Assembly (NCBI GenBank): GCA_964016885.1
Contig: OZ024740.1
Coordinates: forward strand, 96,348,001-96,412,000
Reading direction: 5' to 3'
From: Eledone cirrhosa
Taxonomy: Eukaryota
DNA: 64,000 nt
Both the position numbers and the translations under genes were made by a program. The notes under the pieces are model-generated. The model ran no database searches. It worked only from the letters and a program-made list of their open reading frames with translations, and was not told the origin of the DNA. This document shows, piece after piece, positions 27,890 to 41,875 of the stretch. How positions within the stretch are numbered: position 1 is the stretch's first letter; every line of letters starts with the position of its first letter.

Positions 27890-28300
27890 GATTGACGGAG
27901 AGGCTGCTCAATTTCAAGCGAAGAATGTGCGACCCGTTAGCAGCGTTTTACTCACTTTCTCTTGTCAATCGAATGGGATGAAGATTGTGATGGATTATAT
28001 TTCTTACGTCGACAACCAAGCGCTACACTCGAGGGAGGATTTCGAGTTCTTAGAAATGCAGACCACAGTAGTTGAAATAAGGGCAGCTTAATCCTATGTA
28101 GGAGGCGCAGATCAGCCAGTTGGATTGTCTAACCTGCGTTTGTATGCACACATACCAGGTATCTCTGCCACTATCCTCACTGTAGTCTGCTGCAAATGGC
28201 AGGCGAATGAAAAATATTTAGTCTTGTAGTTTAAGAAGTATCAATGATGTGGATATAAATGAGAATTCCTGACCAGGTATATACACAGAGGCATCGACCT
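27890..28300 (-). pseudogene. Highly decayed PLE GIY-YIG remnant
   Basis: GMCAYKRRLDN, ASYIG and ECSAWLS occur in the order of PLE endonuclease motifs, with many frameshifts. Confidence 0.4.
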
Positions 28301-28739
28301 ATGATCTCATGGGCCTGGCTCTGGGAAATTTCGAGCAATTGAAAGCCTTCTATAGGATAGACAATCAGTATATGAGGTTGTACGTACTGCATGTGGTTTT
28401 ATCAGAGCCTGCATCACTTCAAAGCGCATATAGGTGTTCGGATTAACTCTCCAATTATCGGAAGCGTTTCAGACCAAGCTTTCGAACATTTAATGACGTT
28501 TCTACCGATTCCTTCCCTATGTTATGCTTCTTGTACCACACCCCGGGACGTTGCAGCTAAAGATGCGTATTCCAATCAAATAGGATATTGATATATATAG
28601 TTTCTGATGTATACTAAGAATATATTTTTGTTTTGAGGAGAAATCTAACATCATAGAGAAAAAATATGGAAAGGCTAAAATTTGAGATTAATTATCTGTG
28701 AAAAAATTGTTTAACGCAGTGTTTCTTGTTTAAAACATA

Positions 28740-28845
28740 CCTAAGTTAGCTTTGCCTTTCATCCTTATGGGGTCGATAAAATAAAGTACCAGTAATCTAC
28801 TGGGTAATTGCTGGCCTTGTGCCAAAAGTAGAAACAATTATTATT
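28740..28845 (+). mobile_element. SINE 3' half
   Basis: CTTTGCCTTTCATCCTTATGGGGTCGATAAAATAAAGTACCAGT..GTAGAAACAATTATT, near-identical to the 25476 copy. Confidence 0.85.
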
Positions 28846-29479
28846 TTGTGGTTCGCGTCTGTGTTTATTCCAATATTTACGATGTCAATGTTGTTATAAA
28901 CTCTTTGTGTCCAGCTGCGTCAAAAACAGATATAACTATTCACATAATGTCTACCTACCATAAGCTCCTTTACTGGATCGTAAGAATGTCTAAGCTTTTC
29001 AACGCACTTGCCTGGAACTTTATAATTATTTGGTTTGCTATGGCGATAATTAGCAAGCCATTGGCATTTTTGTCATGAATGCCAGGCGTCTGATTTGCTC
29101 ATTATTAATGTCATTACTATGGGAAGTATGAAACATGTTTCAGGCGGAGGTCCCTCATTCGAAGAGTTGTTAACTTGTATCCAAAGTTGTGCGTTGCCAA
29201 CATTACTTTTGATTCAACCGTGTGAATAGTTTACCACATCTGCGATGAGGTCTTAGGGCGTGGTTTCGTTTTCCATGAAAACCAATTTCTGAATATTCTT
29301 CACTACTTACACTTGTTGTGGTTTTCCTTTTGTTTTTATCAGCTTCTTGAAGATATTATCAATGATTCCCGTACATCCATGAATGCTACCTACAATTATT
29401 TCTATTATCTGTGTTTGATTCTTCTTGTGTAATTCTCTCCTGTCAGACTAACGGCTCTGTACACTTTTTAGTATACACA

Positions 29480-30870
29480 CTGTTTCTTTTGGTGTTGATT
29501 GTTCAATTCTAGTGAGAGTAAGTTTTGAAATATTTTTAAAGTTCCAAGTAACGTTTCGTTATGAATGCTGCCTATATCTTTAATTCCTGAATGTTAGTTA
29601 TATATCTGCCTTTGTGTGCGTTTATGCATCCCAGCGTACCTATTATTATAGAAATTGTTTCTGTTCGACATATTTCTTGTTATACCAAATATTTTGTATA
29701 ATTTCTCCATTGCTTTGATAGATATATATTCGGCTACTTAGAAGTGTTACGTCAGTTAGAAAACACTTTCCTGCTTTCCTTTTGTTTTATTGTAGACATT
29801 GTTCCCCATATCTGATCGTCGTCTTTAAATATTTCCGTAGAGAGGCTTTGATGTTGTTCTGCAAATAAAGTTTCTTCACTATGAATCCTGCATGTTCCCA
29901 AGCATTTATTTAGCTTTTGGAAGTTTGCCTGGCACTTCACATATATTCAGAATGTTGGGGGTCCTTGTAAGGTATGATGTTTAATTGCCATCGTGTTTGC
30001 AGATCTGCTTTCAATTTAGATTTTATATGTTTTCTAAATATCATGTTAATTCACCTTTTTTTTAATGTCAGATATGCAGGTAAGACACAACACATTTCGT
30101 TTCGCATTAGCACATAGTCCGGGCGTGTTTGTGTTAACATTCCATTATTCTTCCTTAGATAATTTTGTGGTTTTATATTGCTTATTTCATAATAGTATTT
30201 TAGTTGCATAATGACACATCCTGTGTTGATTGCCAATATATCTGATTTCGGGTAATGCATTCAAAATAGAGTCATCATTTTTCTTGCTCCTTTAGTCTAG
30301 TCCTCAAAGCCTTTACTACTCTATCAAGTCGTGCAGGCTATTGGGATGTATGTTTCCCATTTTCCTATGTCATTTTCTTTTCATGCAATGTCTTGTCTAT
30401 TTAACCAATGTTAATGTGTTCTTATCTACATGTCTTATTCAGGTTATTGTTTCTTTCTCTTTTCGTGTTCCTTCATGTATCATCACTGCTTTTCTAGTTG
30501 CAATGTTGTAATTTTCTCGTTCTATTTGTCTATGACCGCGTCCTCCGGGTAGGGTATATTCTCTATATATATATACTTCATAACGGTGTTAGTATTGTTT
30601 CTGGTTTCCGTGTCTAAATATTACTACTGAAGTTGATTACTGCTTATAATATTGAAATTCTAATATATAACTACAATACCCAGTATTGTAATACCTACTA
30701 TGATATATCTATCAATAAGTTCAATGTAAACCATTAAACTAACTAAGGTGTCATATCTTTTCCAATGAACCCATTTCTTTTTTAGCTTTGTATTATAGCT
30801 ACATCGTCTATTAATATGTAAAGGTGTTTCAGAACACGTTCTCAAATTTCAGCACCTACATTTATTGTAG
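29480..30870 (-). mobile_element. Very old R4/Dong-like LINE remnant
   Basis: RLE-type C-terminal traces (TDVTL, ISIKAMEKL, ETISIIIGTLG) at ~29620-29770. Boundaries are approximate. Confidence 0.45.
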
Positions 30871-32449
30871 TAATGTTGTACTCCCTGTGTTGCTTAATGT
30901 ACCTCTTCCTAAGTAAATTTGGCGTATTTGCCAAACCCCATACCATATTCTATAGATTTTGCAAATAAGATATAATTCCATATCTGTCACTAGCTGTGCG
31001 GAGGTGACGTACGTGTCCGTCACCTATTGCCACCTGATTGCCGTATATTTCTCCCATTCGCATCTCAGTTTATTGGAACACCTGTCCTTCAAATTATTGT
31101 GGTTCCATTGGACAGGTGATCCATCTGCTGCCAATACACTCTACAAGGGGTCGGGGCACGTTTTGTCTGCATGGCATGGTTGAGGTACCGCTCAGACTGG
31201 ATGTACTGTCTCACCCTCTCCTTCCCTTTCTTTCTTTTTCTGCCCTTAATTTATTTTCTCTCCCTATTCTCTTGCCTTTACTAATCTCTTTTGTTCGCAT
31301 TCGATACTCTTCAATCGTTGTCATGTAAGTTCAATGGCTTTTCATGATATTGAGAGATGTTTAAAATGGTACACATCTTAGAATTCTATTCAAGAAGAAA
31401 GAAAAAAAAAACAAAGCAAAAATACAAAACATAAACATTATACATTCATACCAGACAACATGTAATAGAATGTCCGGACAACATATAATAGAATGGATCT
31501 GTTTACATGTATGTTTACATATGATTGGTTTATGTATTCAATATATTGTATCTCTTCTTTAACTATTTGAAAGAAAACGTTATGTACTAGAGAGTAATGC
31601 GCACCTGAAGCTCCCTTTATAGCTATTACGTTATACAAAACATAGTTTATTATATTATCGCTATAAAGTATGTTGTTGTTCTCATTTAACCAAATTTTAT
31701 TCCATATATTTGACATTAAAATGTTATAAGTTTCAAATAAGGCGAATGAAATATAACAAATCACTTTAAAAAAATATTTTCAAAATCACTGCTTTAATCA
31801 TTATTTCCCTTAGAATAATTGATTTTAAATGCGATGTCTTTTTTTTATATATTTAAGCCAAAATCCACGAAACATAAATTAATATTAACTGTATTTTTAC
31901 GAATCACACTTTTGAAATACATTGTGTCGCAAACGCAAGATATTGTATGAATTGATATCACTGAATTCCACAGTCAATGTTCGCATAAATTAAGAACTTT
32001 ATTATTATGTGCAAATAAATAAATATTTAGCGGACAGAGAATGGGCGTTCATGCTATTTAGATGAAATATACTTGATAGATCCATCTCTTTCTTTAAACT
32101 ATGAATTTAATAAATATTCTATAGAATGAATAAACTATACTTAGAAAGGAATTTCTGACATGTAATAATTCCGGAAAATATATTGAATTTCATATAATTC
32201 TGAATGGAGAATGTAACGCCAAAGAAATTAATTTTCCATTATGTCATTAAAATAAACCCGAATTCAAACAATGTGTTTACATTAAGATATACAGCTATAT
32301 TGAGACGGAAATATGTACATAACAGTTGTAAACATTCTGATTTTTGGCTAAGATATAAAAGCGATGTTAACAATTATCGACCTCTCAGTAAATCGCACTC
32401 CGCTACAGATAAGATTAAAACACATTTGTAAGTGCTACTGTATTATTTC

Positions 32450-32950
32450 TATACATTGGGACACACAGGAAATTCTTGAGAGGAACGGAAACTGGTTCAA
32501 TATACAACGTTGATGTGTAAAAAAGAGTGTATATGGATGATTTGCGATAACATTTGCTTGCTTGTGTTGGGCGGAAAATTAATAGGATATCTCCCGGTGT
32601 CGAGGGGATTAATGTGAAATATCAGCCCTTTCTTTTGAATATGTGTAGTTGTGCTTTTTATTAAGAATATTCCATCTGTTCACATTACTATACTGGCATT
32701 TCCTAGAGCCATTTGAATAATGCCGGGTAATTCCATATTTGTTTTTTTTTTCAATGTGATGGAGAAATCCATGGCGCTGGCAAGTTTCGTATAGAATCTC
32801 ATGTCTGAGAATCTGAAGGTCAACTTAAAATTTACCAAATTGTTTATATCTGACTTTCGATATCGCCATATAGATAAATTCAGCTTGTTTGTTTTGTCTT
32901 AGGCCACCTCACATCAGTGATCCCGATGTCATATTTCCTGTCTTCTGCAT
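32450..32950 (-). pseudogene. Tentative decayed pentameric ligand-gated channel extracellular domain
   Basis: One frame with one stop: KLNLSI..FRFSDMRF..MELPGII..IVM*TDGIFL..FHINPLDTGRYPINF. The G-to-PxD spacing matches Cys-loop receptors. Confidence 0.3.
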
Positions 32951-33921
32951 GATCAATTACGAATGGAATATTGTAAATCGTTATTGATGATGTGAGATAT
33001 AACGTTGATGGCGCATGAATGAGTATCCATGCTGTTATTGTGCGATACCCAAATGCTGTTTGGACTGATGTTAAGTTTTTGCATCCCTATTTATGTTTCA
33101 GGGCGAGTATGTATAGGTCACTGTTTAAATTGAAATTTATGGTATCGCCTAGAGCGGATTTTAACATCAAGACTCCTATCTCATTTAGTGTCAAGTCAGA
33201 TTGTACAAATGTTTCTATCATCACAGGCAAAGCAACCACATTGTGTACTACTGATTTATAGTGGGCAGAGAATTACGAAGACCATATTTTACTTATTTAT
33301 ATTATATTTCCGAGATACTATTTCGTTGTTACATATACAACCATAAGATACATTTTCCTATACACTCGTATCATTCCTCGTAAGAGATTTCCTGATTGTA
33401 ACAGATTTCCCGTTAACGATATATTTATTTCCATAAGATCTATATGGAAATGCAGATCTATTACAGTTAAGAATATTTGATCAATATTACACAATATATC
33501 GATAGTCGATAGACTAGATCTCAGACCTCATACACTTATCAAGTAGGGTGAAAATTGTCAAATCGGACCGAAGAGACAATGTTTCCACTGGTCTTATTAT
33601 CTGTCAGTCGCATTCTGTTTTCTTTTCACTTCATAAATCTAGTTTGTAAATAACATTATTCTTTCTGCACCATTTATTTAACATGTCCAACACCACCATT
33701 CTACAACAATATATATTATTATTATTTGATAATGCATTAAAATGATGAAACCGGTAATAGACAATTATTAAATATATAAATAAATCAACTAATACCTTAA
33801 CACTTCACAGAAAGTAAAATATTTCGTTTTAATCATTTTCTCACCCACAAAAAAAGAGAGGAATAAATAAAAACGGAAACAAATATGTTTTTCTTCCTAA
33901 TAATCGTCTTTTTCTCCCTTT

Positions 33922-33965
<44 letters not shown>

Positions 33966-33966
<1 letters not shown>

Positions 33967-34422
33967 AAGTTTTATTTAAATTGTTGGGTTAACAACGAGT
34001 AAATATTTATAACTGATATAAAAGCACTCAACAAGTATTTGGAGTATATTTACGATATTAAATAAATGGAAACTATATTTATAAAACCATATTTATTTCA
34101 TTATATATATTTCAGGGATATCATATAAAAAATATGTTATGCCTTCTTCAGACAAAATACAATATAAACAGTCTTATAAATAGATAGATTCGACATACCT
34201 TTCAACTTCGACTTCTATTTGAAAAGTTGATTTGGTACCAAATCAACTTTTCAAATAGAAGTCGAAGTTGAAAGGTATGTCGAATCTATCTATTTATAAG
34301 ACTGTTTATATTGTATTTTGTCTGAAGAAGGCATAACATATTTTTTATATGATATCCCTGAAATATATATAATGAAATAAATATGGTTTTATAAATATAG
34401 TTTCCATTTATTTAATATCGTA
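33966..34422 (-). mobile_element. PLE-derived fold-back element, family A (copy A3): perfect 372-bp palindrome plus tail
   Basis: 34051-34422 is self-reverse-complementary about GGT|ACC (34236/34237) with no loop. Tail 33966-34050. (TA)n on both sides. Confidence 0.92.
34314..34379 (+). ncRNA. Intact minimal type-I hammerhead (identical mirror at 34094-34159 on -)
   Basis: TATTTTGT-CTGAAGA-AGGcATAaCATAT ttttt ATATGaTATcCCT-GAAA-TATATA-TA-ATGAAATA. Confidence 0.82.
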
Positions 34423-34477
34423 TATATATATATATATATAAATATACGTATATATGTGTGTGTGTAATACTTAATAA

Positions 34478-34643
34478 TACTTCAAAAGGCATGCTTGCTG
34501 GGAACAGCAAGAAGACTCCGATCCGACACGTCCTGAATATCTGAGGCTGCAGGTAGCGGGTTTGATATACTTTTCAACAAACATTCCAGTTAAATAACAT
34601 CAATGATTGAGACTCAAAGAACAATAATAATAATAATAATAAA

Positions 34644-34676
<33 letters not shown>

Positions 34677-34677
34677 T
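34478..34677 (+). mobile_element. 3' tip of Dong family A with (TAA)n tail
   Basis: LQKACLLGTAR-encoding end and 3' UTR match 37455-37585 and 60048-60185. (TAA)n at 34622-34677. Confidence 0.85.
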
Positions 34678-37601
34678 GGTTGATATCCTAAACTTAGTGG
34701 TAGATTAAATGAACAATCATAGTTGGAAACCTATGAATCTAAGATATGCAGACAAGGAACACCAGCTAAGGTAAACAAAGTCATCCCATATCTTAAGGCG
34801 AGGAACCTTCACCAATGCAACAATATACTCAACGGAACAGCAACTGCGGTGAGGAAATTACTTGGCATAAAACGAGAGGAAACAACAAATAAGAAAGATC
34901 AGATCGTTGGTGGAAGAAATGACTGAATGGTCAAATCAGGGAAATGAGAAATTATATTGTAAAGATTTAGTCCCTACTGAATGGGACGCTACAAAATATC
35001 GACACTAAAAATAGACTGGAAATAAAGTACAAAACTAGGAGGAAAAAGCTAAATATTATGATAGAGGAACTGAAGAAACGCATTGCAGCAAAGAGTGCAA
35101 AAATTAGGCGATACGAGAACAGAGTCAGTTAGTATAGACAGAACCGCATGTTTGACAATAGCCAGAAGATGCTGTTTGGACAGCTTGAAGGGAAAGAAAG
35201 AGGCAACGACTTGATCCCTGAGGCGGAACAAACTAAAACATTCTGGAGAGGAATATGGGAGCAGGATGTTATACATAATGACCAGGCAGTGTGGATTGGG
35301 ACTGTACAAAAGCAGATTAGTGAACAAGCACACCAACAAACTGATTTAAGTATCACAGTTGAATATCTTAAAGGGCAGGCCAGAAAACTAACCAACTGGA
35401 AATATCCAAGCCCAGATGGTGTGCAGGGTTATTGGATTAATAATATAACATCCCTCCACCCGAAACTAACAACCATGTTCAATGACTGCTTCGGGTGAGG
35501 TACCAGAGTGGTTGACAAACGGTACCACAGTCCTGATAATGAAAGACCGAATCAACGGTAATGATGTTACCAACTATAGACCTACCACATGTCTATCCGT
35601 AATGTGGAAACTGTTAACAAACAATATGTCTGAGGAAATCTACCATCACCTCCATACAAATAACTTGTTACCGGACGAACAGAAAGGATGCCGAAAGAAG
35701 TTCCGTGGTACAAAAGACCAGTTACTTATTGATAAGATGGTATTGAGGAATTGAAATAGGAGACACACAATTGTTGCCATGCGATGGATAGACTACAGAA
35801 AGACATTCGACATGATGCCTCATTCTTGGTAACCAAAAGCCTATAGATATTCAAGGTGGCAGATAACAGCAGACAGTTGTTGAGCAAAAGTATGAAATCA
35901 AGGGAAATAGAATTAACATCGGGTGGAGAATCCTTGGGAGGGGTGAAGATGAAGAGAGATATCTTCCAGGGAGATAGTCGGTCCCCTCTGTTGTTTGTGA
36001 TTGCCCTGATACCCCTGACCATTATACTGCGAAAAGTGAGAGCAGTATACAAGTTGGGAAAAGGAGAGCTTACCATCAACCACTCCTCTTCAAGAACGAT
36101 CTTAAACTCTTTGTGAAGAGTGATAAGGAGTTGGATGTACTTTTGACACTGTCCGTATTTTCAGCAGTGATATATGTATGCAATTAAGTATTAATAATGT
36201 GGAGTTCTAGTGATGAAGAGGGGTATATTGAGCAGAAGCAACGGAATCCGGGTACCAACAGGTGAGATGATAAAGGAAATTGCCAATGAAGAAGAATACA
36301 AATATCTAGGTGTTCTGGAGGTAGATGACATAAATAACAAAATCACGAAGCAATAGATAAGATCTGAGTACATTAGGAGAGTAAGGAGCGTATTAAAATC
36401 ACATCTAAAGGAATGTCATAAGTGCAGTGAATTCCCGAGCTGTGTCTATTATTAGGTACAGTGCGGGAATTCTGATATGGAATGTTGCTGAACAAAAATA
36501 AATGGATAGGAAGACTAGGAAGCTATTGACTATATACAACATGTTCCACAAGAGGAGTGATGTCAATAGACTCTACTTAAAGAGATCTGAAGGCGAAAGA
36601 TGTCTTATGAGTATATATGGCTGTGTTCAGATGAAGAAAAACAACCTGCACAAATGCGTGACTGAGAGTAGCGAGCCAATGTTCAGAATTGTACTGAACG
36701 AGAGGACAATAGACCAGGGGACGTCCAAGGAGGAAATAACAACAAGGAGGAAGAGCAACCTTCATGACAGATCCCTTCCTAGTACCTTCTTTGAGAAAAC
36801 TGAATTTAGAGATCCACAGACATGGAACTGGTTAAAAATAGGAGACTCAAAAAGGCTACAAAAGGAATGCTAATGGATGGGCAAGAGAAGGGCCTCAGAA
36901 CGAAGTGGATGAAATACCAGATTTACAAGGAGGAGGCTATCCCACTGTGTACAATCTGTGGAAAAAGAGAGGAGACTGTGGCTTACATTGTATCCAAGTG
37001 TAAACACCTAGCCCAGACTCACTATAAAGGCTGGAGACATGATGTGATGGACAGGGTGGTCCACTGGCAGCAAAGTAAACAATTTACCACATTCTGAGAT
37101 GTGGTATGAGCACAGGCCAAAGTCGGTGATAGAAAACGATCAGGTGAAGGTGCTATGGGATTTTAGGATACAGACTTACAAGAAACTGGAATACAATAGG
37201 CCTGACCTTGTGGTTTTGGACAAGGAAAAAAGATCGTGCCTGATTGTAGATGTAGCCTGCCGATTAGACACGAGAGTGCAAGAAAAGGAGATGAGAAAAT
37301 TAACTGATACCAGGACTTAAAGTGGGATGTAAAAAAGATTTGGAACTGCCATGAAGTCAGAGTCGTCCCGATTGTCATAGGCGCACTAGTTAATATCTCG
37401 AAGAGTTTCCAAGGATGGTTATAGAAAATTAGTCCAGTCCCACTTTTTGGAACACTTCAAAGGCATGCTTGCTGGGAAAAACAAGAACCCTCCGATACGT
37501 CCCGAATATCTAAGGCTGCATGTAGCGCTTGCTTTTCATTTCAATAAACTTTCCAGTTAAAGAATATCAACGACTGAGACTCAAATAATAATAATAATAA
37601 C
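34678..37601 (+). mobile_element. 5'-truncated, decayed R4/Dong-clade LINE, family A
   Basis: NYRPTTCL, EQKGCR, KDQLLIDK, IFQGDS, YKYLG, CTICG..ETV and RPDLVV..VDVAC. Collinear with the 60120-63511 ORFs. (TAA)n at both ends. Confidence 0.92.
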
Positions 37602-37603
37602 GA

Positions 37604-40600
37604 TTTATTTATTGGCCACAAGTGCTGACATCAAGAAAAAACATACAGACGGCACAGGACAGTACTGGACGGTACGATGATGGTTTTGTGCGTGTAAATT
37701 TTTTTTATTGTTTATATAAGAAAAGAAAAAAGAAATAGAAACATATATATATATAAACAATAAAATTGAACATTGAAACAATGAAAAATTCCCCAATAGG
37801 GGGAAAACCTCCGAGGGTTACGCGTGGCGAAGACCACACAAAAGAACACGGCCACACTGACCACCAGGGCAACCGCCCTCTCTCAATTTTTCCATTTCTC
37901 AAACTACAGGTGTATATTCAGAGCGGTCCCGTTCACTAGGACCATTCTCGATACATTCACCTACCATTCAACAAGCTTGCTAGAAAGCACAATGGCCTCT
38001 CCACCCTGACTTTCAAGTGAAACTTGAAAAAGTTAATTAGGGATTCGCCGAAGAGAAAAGTGTCTGTCTTTATGCCTTTCAACCTTGACCACCACACAAT
38101 TTCTTTCGCCATGGCCAGCAGGCTGATGAAAACCGCTGCCCTTCCTCCTCGATGGAAGACTGTGAGACCATCTCCACAATGGACTCAGTCGATAACTGGA
38201 TCAGTCCTATGCGCGACAGCAACTGTTCGACATAGATCCCAAGTCACCAATGCTCGGGCACTGAAGGAGCGCGTGCACGACGGTTTGTTCGCTCTGCGCG
38301 CATCTCGGACAGGCTCGGCTGACGGCACCTCCGTGCCTGTAGAGCATATGTCGAACCAGCAACGCACCCCGGTAGCACTGCCAGGTGAGGGATTTTTCTC
38401 CATAGGCCCTGGCCAGAAAGTTCTCAGGAAGAGAGCAAAGAGCTGATCTTCTTCGACGCCCAGGATCTCTACGAGAATGTCGTCGCTCTTCCCCTCGACT
38501 TGTCCTCAATAGAGCGCCAATGTAGATGTTCCACCGATACTGGTGCCCAGCTGGCAGAGGGCAGTGAGCGCCTGGAGACATTCCACTTTCCAAGCGCTAT
38601 CCCTCGGATTTTTTTTACCCTGGACTACAGCTCCGTCACGGAGACGAGCTGTGGGAAAACGTGCCTGGCGAACGGCGCCAACACCTATTCACCGTCGGAT
38701 TTTCCGCATCCTAGTTCGCGTCGGACGCCCCTCATCGCCTCCAGTTTGTGCAGTAACGGCTCGAGAGCCAATATGTTCAAGAGAGACGAGAGGTGACAAT
38801 CCTGGCGGACCGGGCGCATGATGCTGAACGGCTGCGACAGGTGACCGTTTACCTTCACAACTGAGCAGATGCCGCTGTACATCGCAGCGATCCAACCCCT
38901 GAAAACGGGCCCGAAACCGGCTACCTCGAGGACCGCCGCCAGGTACCGATGGTCGACCCTATCGAATGCTTTGAATTGATCCAAGTTTATCAGGTCCCCA
39001 CCCATGCCAAGTTTCTTAACTTCCCTCTCTACGATGCATCGCATGAGGTGGATGTTGTCGTGTATGGAGCTGTCCGCAATGGCGCATTTCTGCTCCTCTC
39101 CCACCAGATCATCGAGGACAAGCGCCAACATGGTTTCTAACACATTGGTCAAATCTTGAACTCTGTGTTTAGCAGCGTTATGGGCCTAAAATTATCGATA
39201 ACATCCCCCTTCTTCGGTCCTTTTCTCAGCAGCGCCACCGCTCCCCGGCTCACAAAACTGGGAATGCTCCCTATCTTCTGCCTGTTGCAGTATACGTCTG
39301 CCAAGAGGTCACCGAACAAGTCTGGCATAAATGCATAAAGTTCGTAGGGCAGACCATCCAAACCTGGCGATTTACTCCTCGTGCATTGAGCCATCGCTTC
39401 CTGTATTTCACCGGCTGTTATTGGCTTTTCGCAAAACTGTGCTGCGGTCGTCGAGAGCCGAGGCAGTGCGCGAATATACACTGAAGGCCATAACCCGTTC
39501 CGACCCGCCGCTTCTCCCGAACAGTTCAGCAAAGTGTTGCTGAAAAGCCTCACACATCTGCTGTGGTTCGAGCAACACGCGCCTGTTGTGGTCAGACAAA
39601 ACCGAATTGTGGCCTAGTTTCCTTCGTCGCGCCCTGCCACCCGGGCCCATTTGGACGGCTTTTGTCCCTTCGTGTTTCAGACCTCGCGCTCTACATCTGA
39701 CACCGCAGCCTTCGTGTTTTGCTTCGAAGAATTGATCGAGTGCCAATCTCACCGCAAGCACGTCGGTTGCGATGCTTGTCCTAAACGCCTCTTCTAGCTT
39801 TCTGAACTAACTCTCCCTCTACTCTATTTTCCTCTATCACTACTCCTTTGCTAAATCTAATTGACTCTACTTGAATTGCCCTTTTCAGGGCGAACCACCT
39901 CCTGTTGTTGACGACCACTCCCATCAACGCCCGCTTAACTAATACGCTAATCCACTCTCTGTAGGCTTTGCGCGCCGGGAAAGACGCGTTCAGCTTCCAG
40001 TATCCGGGCACTTGTCTATGAAGTATGTCTATGTCGATCTCACAGATCACAAATTTGTAGCCTGTGTAGTTGACTATTTTAAATTTTTGACAACTTATAC
40101 TAGCCTTATCTACTTCTCTGCGGAATACCCTATCGAGGTACGATCTGGATGACCCCCTGCGGTTTGTCCATTTCCACATTGCCACATTCGGGTGCTCCAG
40201 TCGATACCTGTCAGACAGTTCAAAACGTATGAGCAGGTTGGTGAGGCTCTTGCACCCTCCTGGCCTAACCATTAGCCCCACACAATACCAGCGTGCATCC
40301 AAGATACCGTTCCAGTCGCCCACTAACACTAAAGTGCGGGACGTTCCAAGAAAGTTCTCTAGACGTCTGAAGAAATCTGGCCGTCCTTCCCCAGTTAGGG
40401 CGTAGAAGACTACTAGTGTGAAAGCTCTGCCTCCGCTGCCGGTCACGTCCAGCACCACCTACTTACCTACTGGGTCCAGGAAGATGGCCTGTATGGCGAG
40501 ATAGAAGCCTTTCCGAAAAAGGACGGCAAACCATCCCCCCGATCCTGGACGGTGTGAGATGCGTATACATCGTAGCCGCCGGAGTTCGGTGCGAAGGCTC

Positions 40601-41859
40601 GTGCTTCGGAGATTCTGGTCTCCCTGATGGCTACCACATCTAAGTTTAGTGACCTGAGGTCGTTGAGCAGGTGACCCTGCTTCCAAGATGATCCCAGGCC
40701 ACGTGCATTTATGCTGCCTATTCTAAGTAAGGCCATGTTGGATGAGAAACGAGGCAAGTGAGAAAGGTTCACTAATATTGATCGTGTGGTAAAGTGATAG
40801 TGGAACCATCCTTTGGTTGGTCATGGGTGTTTACAAGAGGATGTCAGTATATATGCTCTTGGTAACCGACCCACTGAAGTCTTCAACTGCGTTGGGGAAT
40901 TTTTGTTTTAAAAGATTGTACTGTTCTATGTTGATATCAATGATGCTTATGTTTTGTCGGGAGAGTTCTTGGTGTTGGTGGAGTGTAGTGGATTTTTTCT
41001 GTGATGTCTGTGATGTATATGTTGTATGAGTTCTTTATTTGCAATATTTATGGCTGTGTACTTTTTGAAAGGAGGGGTGATTTTGTTGCGGTTTTCTTCT
41101 TGTTGCTTTTGGGTGTGTGTGTTTTGATGTGTTTGCGTTTTGGGTCTTTTTGGTGTTGTTGGTGGTGGTGTGGTTGTTGTTGGCGGTGGTGCTTGTGGTG
41201 GTGATGGTGATGGTGGTGGTTTGGCTACAGTCTCCTTGCAGCCTCTACCCCGCTTCGTGTGCCTTCGCTTTTAGAGGTTGAAGCTATTTTTTTTTTTTTT
41301 TGTGGCAGACCGCATCAGACTCCATGCCGGATTCTGTGGCGTCTGGGAGAGGTATGCGCTCTACGGCTGTTGGTGGTAGTAGTGGAGCCCTCTCTGGCGA
41401 TTTTGGTGCTGGGGCAGCTACTGAAAATGTAGCTACTGGTGTTGCCGCCACTGATGCTGCTGCTTCAGTTGTCCGTGGCCTTGGTACGGGTTCCACGCAC
41501 GTTACCATCCTAGTCACCGTGGAAGTGGCTTCTGCGTTTGTTGCCTGCCCCGCTTTTAGTAGAAGCGGACCAGGTATTGGAAGGAGAGGGGCCGTTTTCC
41601 TCGCTGTCTTCTGCGGGCAAAAGGCCATAAGGAGACCCTTTGACTCACAGAGATAACATTTTGGCCGTCTTCTTTCCACGCTTATAGAGAGTTGGAGTCC
41701 TTCCCCGTATTATTTCCGAGTGAACCCCTGTATTAGGTGGGTCACTTCTTTTAAATCTGTATAAAGTTTAAAACTCGAATAAAATGTTTAGAACGGTTGA
41801 AAACGAGGTAAACTGTTGACAAAAAACCGGAGGCGATAAGAAGCGTGGCTTCAATAGCA
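37604..41859 (-). mobile_element. Tx1/L1-clade LINE with internal deletions (ORF1 zinc knuckle, APE, RT, C-terminal CCHC)
   Basis: CYLCESKG..C (ORF1); SINARGL, VVAIRET, LVGDWN, YLDR, GYWKLN (APE); KSPGLDGLP, NFRPITLLN, LDQFKAFDRVDH (RT; YADD region deleted near 38690); CPRC..TVVHALLQC. 3' AATAAA at ~37606. Confidence 0.88.
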
Positions 41860-41875
41860 TAATAATAATAATAAT

